A stretch of 45,537 bases of DNA. It comes from Octopus sinensis (taxonomy: Eukaryota). The notes below the pieces were generated by a model. It saw only the letters and a list, made by a program, of their open reading frames with translations. It searched no databases and had not been told where the DNA came from. How positions within the stretch are numbered: the first letter of the stretch is position 1; each line of letters opens with the position of its first letter. The position numbers and the translations under genes are program-made. The stretch covers positions 1 through 45,537 of the forward strand of contig NW_021834920.1 in NCBI RefSeq assembly GCF_006345805.1, read 5' to 3'. Below, piece by piece: positions 35,698 to 45,537 of this stretch.

Positions 35698-35842
35698 GTA
35701 GCGTATGATGGCTTAGCTGGACGAAATTTCGATAGCACTCTGAGTAGTATTCTTGTATAAGAATAATACATTTTTACTCTGCAAATGTGTAGAGTTAGCT
35801 ATCAGATTAATATAACTTCTTTATTGTAATTGAACACATAAA

Positions 35843-35906
35843 ATACACACACACATACATACATACATACATACATACATACATACATACATACATACAT
35901 ACATAC
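35843..35906. repeat. (CA)n/(TACA)n microsatellite
   Basis: Direct reading. Confidence 0.95.
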
Positions 35907-35929
35907 ATGAGTAACGATACATACTTCCA

Positions 35930-36134
35930 TGTGCATGTTGCTAAATTGGCAATGAAATGCAGGCGGCTGACCGGATGGATTCTTAGAACTTTTGGAACAA
36001 GAAATCAGGAAACCATGATGGTTCTGTGGAGGACACTTTTCCTAAGCCACTTTGACAATTGCTCTCAGCTATGGTCACCAACCAGTGTCAAATTAATCTC
36101 AGAACTTGAGGCAATCCAACGAAGCTACACGAAT
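35930..36134 (+). mobile_element. CR1/L2-type LINE ORF2 C-terminal fragment
   Basis: KCRRLTGWILRTFGTRNQETMMVLWRTLFLSHFDNCSQLWSP...ELEAIQR matches the post-RT region of CR1/L2-group LINEs (LxYCSxxWSP...LExVQR). Confidence 0.8.
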
Positions 36135-36239
36135 TCCGCCGAGGTTGACTTTGCCTTTCATTCTTTCGGAGTCGATGTAATCGACTATACTTCCCCCCCC
36201 CCCGGCAAATTCCAGGCCTTGAGACTATAGTAGAAAGGA

Positions 36240-36307
36240 TTATTATTATTATTATTACTATTACTATTATTATTATTATTATTATTATCATCATTATTAT
36301 TATGATT

Positions 36308-36339
<32 letters not shown>

Positions 36340-36372
36340 TATCATCATTATTATTATTATTATTGTTATTAC
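36240..36372. repeat. (TAT)n/(CAT)n trinucleotide repeat
   Basis: Direct reading. Confidence 0.95.
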
Positions 36373-36861
36373 TACCAAATGCAATAAATAATTGCAACGG
36401 CTGTTGCAGTTATATTGTATTATACTGTCAAATACATTTGTTGTCAGAGTAATGTTGCACAAATATAATATACAGAGCTGTCTCCGACATGTTGCTTCTT
36501 TTTTTTTTTTTTGGCTGCATTTGCATTATATTGTGCACCATAAAATATGCGTCACGTGTCCTCGGTATTGTTATTTTCATCGTTCATTTTCTTGTTGCTG
36601 TTATGTATGTGTGTGTGTGTGTGTGTGTGTCTGTGTGTATGCGTATGCACAAAGTATTAATGTATGTTCCATATTTCGTTTGTGAAAACCGTTGAAGAAA
36701 AGAAGTAGTGTTTATACGTAGCTTAACAATGTATACATACGTACATAAATGCATAGTTTCGTAACGTACAACATACGTATATATATTTACATACGCACAA
36801 AAATACGCGCACACAGAGTCACACACATATATGTATATATATATATATATATGTATATATA

Positions 36862-37281
36862 CTCTCTTTAATCTTTTACTTGTTCCAGTCATTTGACTGC
36901 GGCCATGCTGAAGCACTGCCTTTAGTCGAGCAAATCGACCACGGGACTTATTCTTTGTGAGCCTATTACTTATTCTATCGGTCCTTATTCCAACGGTCTC
37001 TTTTGCCGAACCGCTAAGTTACGGGGAAATAAACACACCATCATCGGTCGTCATGCAATGCTAGGGGGACAGACACAGACACACAAACATACACACACGC
37101 ACACATACATATATATACGACAGGCTTCTTTCAGTTTCCGTCTACATGATCCACTCACAAGGCTTTGGTCGGCCCGAGGCTATAGTAGAAGACAGTTGCC
37201 CAAGATGCCACGCAGTAGGACTGAACCCGGAACCATGTGGTTGGTAAGCAAGCTACTTATCACACAGCCATTCCTACGCCT
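36862..37281 (-). mobile_element. SINE family A
   Basis: Full match on the minus strand. Confidence 0.9.
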
Positions 37282-37604
37282 ATATATAAATACTGTGAAA
37301 ATAATAAGGGTATAAAATTTAGAAAAACTTTCATACCAGTGGCTAGCATGCGTAATAATGCCAATAGACAATGTATTTTCATATATAATAGTGTACAAAC
37401 AATTTATGTATTTATACACGAAGCAAGTGACCTTTAACTGGACACCTTACATGCTAGAAAGGGCAGTTAAAGTCCAAACCACGAATATGCGCAATTTCAA
37501 AGGAAAAGGGAATGAATATAAAAATACTATATATATATATATATTATATATATATACATACACATATCTACATACATATACATACATACATACATGCATA
37601 CATG

Positions 37605-37643
<39 letters not shown>

Positions 37644-37837
37644 GGGGAGTATAATATTATTATTATTTAGTATAATATTATTATTTCTTTTTACTTATTA
37701 TATAATGTTTATTCATTATTTTGTACTTTTTGTGATCTAGATATATGTTTGATATATCTAGATATATAAAACTTATATGGTTTATGGTTTATGTCTATCA
37801 TTGTTTGAATTGAATAATAGTGGTTTTTCTCTAATTT

Positions 37838-37890
<53 letters not shown>

Positions 37891-37894
<4 letters not shown>

Positions 37895-38098
37895 CCTCGT
37901 GTGTACCGTTGGCGATTTTTTTTTCCTCTGTCTCCCTTCTCGGGATCTTTCCTTCTCCTATGTTTCCGACGAAGAGCTCCGCTCGAAACGTTAAACCCTC
38001 CTTCTTCCCTTCTTTCCTGAGCGTCCAATAATACTATATTTGTTCCACGTCCTCGCGTTGTTGTGTTTTTTTTTTGTGTTTTCTTGTTTGAATTAACT
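37891..38098 (+). mobile_element. Short repeat carrying a minimal type I hammerhead-like motif (Penelope pseudo-LTR-like)
   Basis: GTTT-CCGACGA-A-GAGCtccGCTC-GAAAC-GTT-AAAC at 37962-37996, element bounded by (TA)n. Confidence 0.5.
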
Positions 38099-38193
38099 AT
38101 ATAATATATATATATAAATTAATAAATATGCATACATACATACATATATGTACATATTTATATATTTATATATTTATATAAATGCATGTATGT

Positions 38194-38194
<1 letters not shown>

Positions 38195-38290
<96 letters not shown>
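38195..38290. repeat. (GATA)n microsatellite
   Basis: Direct reading. Confidence 0.97.
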
Positions 38291-38291
<1 letters not shown>

Positions 38292-38769
38292 GCTACTATA
38301 TAATGTAGCTCTCTGAACAGGTGCACGAGGGTGTCGGAATGTATGTGAGTGTGTGTGACACATTGTCTTCAGGTGTGTGCATGTGTGTGTGTGTGTGTGT
38401 ATGTGTGTGTGCGTGTGTGTACTGCAATGATTTGTTGCGAAAAATTTTTGTACATTAAATGGTTTGTTTACGTAATAAGTGCGTATATATATATATGTAT
38501 ATATATATATATTATATATATATGTGTGTGTGTGTGTAATGTATGTATATGTATATATATGTAATGTGTGTATGTATATATATATGTAATGTGTATGTGT
38601 ATGTCACTATGCAAGTATTTGTAAAATAGATTATATGGTTTGTTTACGTAATATGTTTGTGTGTATATACATGTGCGTGTATGTGTACACATTTGTATTA
38701 GTGTTTATACATGTAAATATAAGAGTAGAACCAACAGATGGATTTAAGAGCGTGGTATAGACAAAAGAA

Positions 38770-38770
<1 letters not shown>

Positions 38771-38836
<66 letters not shown>
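38771..38836. repeat. (GT)n microsatellite
   Basis: Direct reading. Confidence 0.97.
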
Positions 38837-38837
<1 letters not shown>

Positions 38838-39289
38838 TGTTGTGCTTGTATATGTTGATGGTTGCCTGGATATATACATTCACATGTGGACCTATATTCA
38901 TCTATGGATATGCATGTATTTGTGCATATGTTTATCTTCGCGTTTTATTTAAATTCTTTCCGACAAAGAAGGAACTGGTTTCTAACAAAGATACGAAGTT
39001 CCATCACAGGAATTTAGACGAAAACAAGAACGAAAATTTTGCATTGAATTCTTGAAAAAAAAAAATCTTGAAAATCCCATACACGAGCGTACGTTTGCGC
39101 GCGAGTGTATGTATGTATGTATGCATGTATTTATATCAGATATATGCATGAGCGTGAGTGCGTTTGTATGTGTGTGTGTTTGCGTGCGTGCGTGTGTGTG
39201 TATCTAGAACAAAGTTTGAAGAAATCTTATAAATATCTACATAAAATTCCGTAAATGAAGAAGTTTAAAATCCCTGTATTCTAATCATG

Positions 39290-39658
39290 ATGGAAGCACT
39301 CCGTCGGTTACGACGACGAGGGTTCCGGTTGATCCGATCAACGGAACAGCCTGCTCGTGAAATTAACGTGTAATGGCTGAGCAATCCACAGACATGTGTA
39401 CGCTTAACGTAACTTTCGGGGAGATTCAGCGTTACACAATGCGTGGGAAGGATGGCCCTTTGAAATATAGGTACAACAGAAACAGGAAGTAAGAGTGAGA
39501 GAAAGTTGTGGTGAAAGAGTACAGCCGGAATCACCACCATCCCTGCCGGAGCCTCGTGGAGCTTTTAGGTGTTTTCGCTCAATAAACACTCACAACGCCC
39601 GGTCTGGGAATCGAAACCGCGATCCTACGACTGCGAGTCCGCTGCCCTAACCACTGCC
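39290..39658 (-). mobile_element. SINE family C
   Basis: Minus-strand head GGCAGTGGTTAGGGCAGCGGACTCGC...GGTTTCGATTCCC. Matches 6208-6568. Confidence 0.9.
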
Positions 39659-39961
39659 CTCTAATCAAAAAGCTTATAGAACAATGAACACCAAGAGAGA
39701 AACTTTTAAAAGTACAAACTTTACTCAAATACTTCATGAACATCAAAACACAAGAGAATTTTCTTTACTAACATGACATGCCTGACTAATAACACCAAGA
39801 AACTCCCTCAATAAAAACAAGAATTGACCAGGCTGAACTTACTATCTACCTGCATTCATTTTTATGAAAAAAGAACTTGAGACACTCAATTACCAGGGGC
39901 TTAATTTCGTCGCCCTTTTCAAGCCTAGCCAGGCTCATGGGCCCGGTTTCCCGGTTTCTGT

Positions 39962-40951
39962 GGACCTAGAGAAGGCGTTTAGGTTGGGCTCTGCATCCCA
40001 CATTTTGGCAGCGAGAACGGACTTGGACCGTCATCTCAAAGCCAAACATAAGGGTTGCAGAGTTCGGACTAAAGCGCGCGCATTGGGCCGTGAGCTAATT
40101 AATGTTGCCGGATGGGCCCATATGGTAGAAATCCAGCGTGGGAATGATGCCACAATAAGGTCTCTTATTGATGACAATGGGAGCTCGGTCGAGGACGAGA
40201 TGTGTGAGGGAGGGGCTCTCGATCATGGTGAGGCCCTTAGAGGCTTCCTATCTGGTGACCCGCGTCTATCGGCACGAGAAGCTGAGTGCTGTGAAGGCCC
40301 AATCACGGCCAAGGAGGGACGAAATAGGAATTTTCAGACTCCTAACACTGTTGAACAGAGTTAAAGATTTTGGCCAAAGTGCTAGCGAAAAGGTTGGCGC
40401 GTGTCGTGAACAGACTTGTAGAGGAAGCGCAAAGTGCCCTATCCCGGCAGGTTGATCCACGACAATCTCCATCTTATATGCTACTGCTTAGAGTAGCGTA
40501 TGATGCTTAGCTGGACGAAATTTCGATAGCACTCTGAGTAGTATTCTTGTATAAGAATAATACATTTTTACTCTGCAATGTGTAGAGTTAGCTATCAGAT
40601 AAATATAACTTCTTTATTGTAATTGAACACATAAAAATACACATACATACATACATACATACATACATACTACAACATACATACATGCATACATATATAC
40701 ATACATACATACATACATACATGAGTAACGATACATCCTTCCATGTGCATGTGCTAAATTGGCAATGAAATGCAGGCGGCTGACCGGATGGATTCTTCTT
40801 AGAACTTTTGGAACAAGAAATCAGGAAACCATGAGATGGTCTGTGGAGGACACTTTTCCTAAGCCCCTTTGACAATTGCTCTCAGCTATGGTCACCAACC
40901 AGTGTCAAATTAATCTCAGAACTTGAGGCAATCCAACGAAGCTACACGAAT
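39962..40951 (+). repeat. Second copy of composite block 34965-36134 (Tx1 fragment, TACA repeat, CR1/L2 fragment) with a 200-bp deletion
   Basis: Colinear match from GGACCTAGAGAAGG to AAGCTACACGAAT. Confidence 0.93.
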
Positions 40952-40969
40952 ATAAGCTATTAAGCTATT

Positions 40970-40975
<6 letters not shown>

Positions 40976-41011
<36 letters not shown>

Positions 41012-41100
41012 CATACATACATACATACATACATACATACATACATACATACATACATAGCCAGACGGGCAGATAGACAGATAGATAGATAGATAGATAT

Positions 41101-41164
<64 letters not shown>
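40976..41164. repeat. (GATA)n/(TACA)n microsatellite
   Basis: Direct reading. Confidence 0.97.
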
Positions 41165-41165
<1 letters not shown>

Positions 41166-42444
41166 AAGGTGGCAAATGAAAGACGGAAGATGGAATATAC
41201 GAGAATTTATTATTAATCACGACAATTGTTTCGACACATGTAGCATGGATCCCTCATGGGTGGGACCACTCAACAACTGCTTCAGGGGCATCCGGTGGTG
41301 CAGATTTGTCTCGTCGGGTGATAAATAGATACAACTCGTTAAACAATATACAATACCAGCAGCAGGAATACGGGCCTGAAATACACATTAACTATCGAAA
41401 CCCTGAACCTTGGTATGTTTGATAAACTCAATTGTTTATGAAGCCGAAGTCGCAAGAGAAATCATGTAGGCGTATGCGATGGCAGTTTTAAAAGCCGTTG
41501 TGCAAAGCACCAGTCTTCTTTCCGATAATATCCGATATATAGTTTACTCTTCCGTTATTAGTAAGATAACAAAAAAATAAAATTTGGGATTTATTGCGGA
41601 GGGTGAAAGTGGTAACAAAAACAGGACAGTGAGATTAAAACAGTAAAAATAAACGGTGGGGGCCGTTAAGCCAAGACGATATGAAGTTTATATATATATG
41701 GAAACACACATACATATATGTACGTATATATACATAGTATATGTGTATATGCATAAATTGTCGTATTTGTGAAAATATGCATTTATGCACAGCTCCACAT
41801 GTGAACAGAATAGAGATGGTATGCAATGATTTACAGGTTATGGAATTTGAAATAAAATGCTTGTATACTCAAGTATATTCAGAAATAGATGAATGTTTGT
41901 ATAAATACATAAGTTTGTGTCGTTTATTTGAGACTAGAAATTATATGTGTTTCTGAAAATGATATCATTTGCCTTATAATAGTTGAAAAGTATTAAATAT
42001 CATGGTATCTTTATCGAAAATATCGTTATTCTATGCTACTCTATACTTTAAAAAGGTCAAAATCTTCGGTTGGTTTCGAGTAGAAGCACCGGAAAGTCTG
42101 ATGACTAAGAACATTAGAGAGTGAAAGACAATAAAGTGGAATACCGATTAAATACCTTTTAGATGTTCTTCGTAAACGGTAAAAAAAAAATATCGATGAG
42201 AGGAGAAAAATTAAGATGTTAACATGATATTAAGTTTGTAGACGCGATGCACACCACGTTAGCTTAATCATATCAAGCAAAAAATTGACTATGCAATATG
42301 CGTATAGAATATACCTTGAGAGATGAGCACGGATGATATATAATTTCATAAAATATTTATAGCACACTCTGAACTAGGATATGATGTGTATATACATATA
42401 TATACATATATATTCATATATTATTATTGTGTGTTTATTGTTTT

Positions 42445-42531
42445 CTATTTCTATATAAATAAATATATAATATATATACATATATGTATTATGTATGTAT
42501 GTATGTATGTATTATGTATGTATGTATGCTG

Positions 42532-42572
<41 letters not shown>

Positions 42573-42616
42573 TTATAGTGTGTGGTGTTGTGCGTGATTG
42601 TATGTGTATGTGCGTG

Positions 42617-42659
<43 letters not shown>

Positions 42660-42881
42660 TGTGCGTGATGTATGTGTGTGTGCGTGTAATATATATATAT
42701 ATATACGCATATTGTTTACTTACTTTTTTATGCATTTATTAAATTTTATATTGCGTTATATGTTTTTGTTATTTCACTCCAACGTTATATAATATCTAAT
42801 ATAATTATGTACCTGCCGCATTAATGTACCTGTTCACTTCCGAGTAACCTCTTACTCGAGATCGTTCTCTCTCCCTCCCTT

Positions 42882-42913
<32 letters not shown>

Positions 42914-43025
42914 CCTATCTATCTATTTATATATACATATCACCATCCCAAACTTCGCTTTCTCTCTTTATCTCTCTCTCCTTCTTTCTCTCCCTCTCTC
43001 TCTCTCTTTCTCTCTCTCTCTCTAA
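42445..43025. repeat. Cluster of TATG/TA/GT/CT microsatellites
   Basis: Direct reading, interrupted by short unique stretches. Confidence 0.85.
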
Positions 43026-43081
43026 ATGAATACATACGTGCCTATGTGAGGATGTGTGTTCACATATATATGTGTGTGTGT

Positions 43082-43314
43082 GAAGGCGGCGAGCTGGCAG
43101 AAATGTTAGCACGCCGGGCGAAATGCGTAGCCGTATTTCGTCTGCCGTTACGTTCTGAGTTCAAATTCCGCCGAGGGCGACTTTGCCTTTCTTCCTTTCG
43201 GGGTCGATAAATTAAGTACGAGTTACGCACTGGGATCGATGGAATCGACTTAATCCCTTTGTCTGTCCTTGTTTGTCCCCTCTGTGTTTAGCCCCTTGTG
43301 GGTAGTAAAGAAAT
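43082..43314 (+). mobile_element. SINE family B, full length
   Basis: GGCGGCGAGCTGGCAG...GAGTTCAAATTCC...TTGTCCCCTCTGTGTTTAGCCCCTTGTGGGTAGTAAAGAAAT. Confidence 0.93.
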
Positions 43315-43722
43315 ATATATATGTGTGTTTGTGTGTGTGCATGTGTGTGTGTGTGTAATTTACTTATAGTTTCATGCTTTAGAAGTACAATATATTGGAA
43401 AATCTCCAAGGGTTAAAAGCCAAGCTGCGTTCTCATGAAGCACTTCTGCATTTTCCAGTACTTCATATCTGTATGCAGATGTTATATTTGTATGAAGTAC
43501 GCGCAAGAGATGCAAATACTGGAATATATTTTCTGCTGATTAAACAGTCATAGGAGGAGATTGGAAAATTTTTTTGTATTTTTTCAATGGCCGTTATACG
43601 TGATTCATTTGTTAATAGGAGTACAATATAGTACGCGTAGTAAGTATATATAAACACTTCATCTAAATGTTATTTCGTAATTTTTTATTCGCAACCCCGA
43701 AAATATACCATCCACTCCAATT

Positions 43723-44238
43723 ATGAAGAAAAGAGAAGATGAAACCAATAAACTGTCCACAGTCTGTCTACCCTATGTGAAAGGCCTCTCCCAAAAGATA
43801 CAAAAGATATGCGGCCCATATGACATCAGGATAGTATTCAAGAGTAATACACTTCGCATATATCTCCGAGTAAAACCACCAATAGAAGAGAATATGACCA
43901 AAAACTGCGTGTACTCCATCCCATGCAGCTGTGGTAGGTTATACCAAGGCGAAACATGCTTCCCCCTCAAAATAAGGATAGAGGAAGATCGCAAAGCTAC
44001 GACATGATGAGATAATGATAAATCGGGTGTAGCTGATCATGTATGGAAAAATGGAGACCACTTCCCCGTGTGGGATGAAGTTAAAATGATAGACAGAGAA
44101 CACCACTGGAAAATACGAAAACTAAAAGAAGCAGCACATATGCTAGGACACAGCAACCTCCTAAGCAGACCGAGTGCAGATATGAATAGCATATGGGAAC
44201 CAGTATTAAGGAAGAATAGGAAATTATTAGATTTATAA
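43723..44238 (+). mobile_element. Penelope-like element 3' fragment (RT thumb end and GIY-YIG endonuclease), pseudogenised
   Basis: LPYVKGLSQKIQKI, VYSIPCSCGRLYQGET..LKIRIEE, then TGATGA, then KSGVADHVW...KIRKLKEA...W..VL-stop in the same frame. Confidence 0.88.
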
Positions 44239-44268
44239 GCCTTTGAGATTCACTCCACAATTGCCCAC

Positions 44269-44540
44269 GGGCATATGGCGTAGTGGTTAAGAGCGCGGGC
44301 TACTAACCCCAAGATTCCGAGTTCGATTCCAGGCTGTGACCTGAATAGTAGTAGTAGTAGTAATAAACAACATCGAAGATTACCTAAATTTCGAAATTTC
44401 CTAAAGTTCGAAATGAAGGCTGGAGGGTATATCAGCCGAAACGTTGTGTTAGCAACAAACAAGATGAGGTCAAATATCCGTCAGATGTAAATAATATAAA
44501 TAATGTACATAATTCTTTATCTCTTAAATATATAACTGTG
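44269..44540 (+). mobile_element. tRNA-headed repeat with a broken hammerhead-like core, directly after the Penelope ORF
   Basis: A-box TGGCGTAGTGG, B-box GTTCGATTCC, then ATGA-A-GGCTG(gagggtatat)CAGCC-GAAAC-GTT at 44413-44445. Confidence 0.65.
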
Positions 44541-44720
44541 TTATTTGATTCCCTGCAGATAACAGCAGATATCTCACGTGTTTTCTACATGTACAAGTCG
44601 ATAACTCCTAGTACATGTAGAAAACACGTAAGATATCTGCTGTTATCTGCAGGGAATCAAATAATACAGTTCTATATTTAAGAGATAAAGAATTATGTAC
44701 ATTATTTATGTTATTTATAT
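44485..44720. repeat. 110-bp inverted repeat with a 16-nt spacer
   Basis: Arms 44485-44594 and 44611-44720, 5 mismatches by eye. Spacer AAGTCGATAACTCCTA recurs at 44722-44737. Confidence 0.95.
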
Positions 44721-45456
44721 TAAGTCGATAACTCCTATAAGCAAATGAAAGACGTGTAACGGTGAATACTAAATAATAACCAAAACGTTTCCAATTTCTT
44801 CTCTGTGTGTGTTGTGTGTGTGTGTGTCTGATGACGGATGTTGTTTCTTTTTATTACATCCCTTTAACTTAAAAGGACAGCTGTGAGAAATAACTTGAAG
44901 CGTGGATGGCAAGGGGGCAACTGTGAACCTGGTATCTGTGTTTGAGCAACCATGGCCAGCTGACGTGTGCGTGTATACTCTGGGTGTTTATGCGTGAATA
45001 TATGTGTGTATGCACGACTCAGTGTGTGTGTGTGTCCATGTTTTCTCTTTATGTGTGTGTATGTGTGTGTATCCCATTTGAATGTGTGTGCAAGAACACG
45101 TAAGTATGGAGGTATTATATGCATGTATACTATAAGTTTTTGTGAGTATGTCTGAATACGTGTGTGTATGTGTATATACAAAGGGATTGATCGAATGAAG
45201 CAACTGTTCTGCTGGTACATTTAACATCCAAGGAAATAAAAATATATCTATTACTTTGTACAGTGTATACATGTACAGTCAAAAGCACGTACATTTCCAT
45301 TAAGTATTCTGCTAACTAAACGACATGTCGGTGTTTCGACGAAATACAGAGATACACAGATATATACAAGTGTCATTGCAGCTAACTGCCCTTCCTGCAC
45401 ATGTCAAAAGGGTGCACAAAGAGATGGGTGCATTCTGGTAATTATGTATGTATTGG

Positions 45457-45537
<81 letters not shown>
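45457..45537. repeat. (GATA)n microsatellite
   Basis: Direct reading. Confidence 0.97.

Noticed and set aside
39864-40364. 166-aa ORF as a new gene
   Set aside because: Chimera of unique sequence, an inverted SINE tail and a deleted Tx1 fragment.
44876-44935. GWQGGNCEP peptide resembling an EGF-repeat exon
   Set aside because: The upstream cysteines are missing, the splice signals are weak and there are no neighbouring exons; likely chance.

Overview
AT-rich, microsatellite- and SINE-dense animal DNA. The SINE types and (GATA)n/(TA)n density look like an octopus or other coleoid cephalopod; this is recognition from memory, not a search. The host genes are two tandem, divergent three-exon alpha-tubulin paralogues (ATG at 10657 and 26297, offset about 15.6 kb) inside a segmental duplication (about 8531-15679 vs 18716-31320). 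Because the two copies share flanks, each shows the empty site for insertions in the other: a Helitron-like element (9048-9429), a 478-bp solo LTR (20846-21323), a 1.6-kb composite 10-mer satellite (18982-20574) and a 3.8-kb retro-insertion (22170-25971). The last is the most interesting object. One 17-18-bp TSD and a poly(A) tail enclose two head-to-tail, diverged units, each coding only a LINE-ORF1-like protein (RRM-like motifs, one CCHC knuckle, K/E-rich linker, unrecognised C-terminal domain) with no reverse transcriptase. These units end in the same 3' tail as one of the abundant tRNA-derived SINE families. Two more decayed ORF1-like copies (4734-6170, 6779-7450), L1/Tx1-like ORF2 fragments, a Tc1 remnant with long inverted repeats, a CR1/L2-type fragment, a Penelope-like GIY-YIG fragment and hammerhead-like motifs are also present. 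Most short ORFs in the supplied track are microsatellite or antisense artefacts. All identities were estimated by eye.
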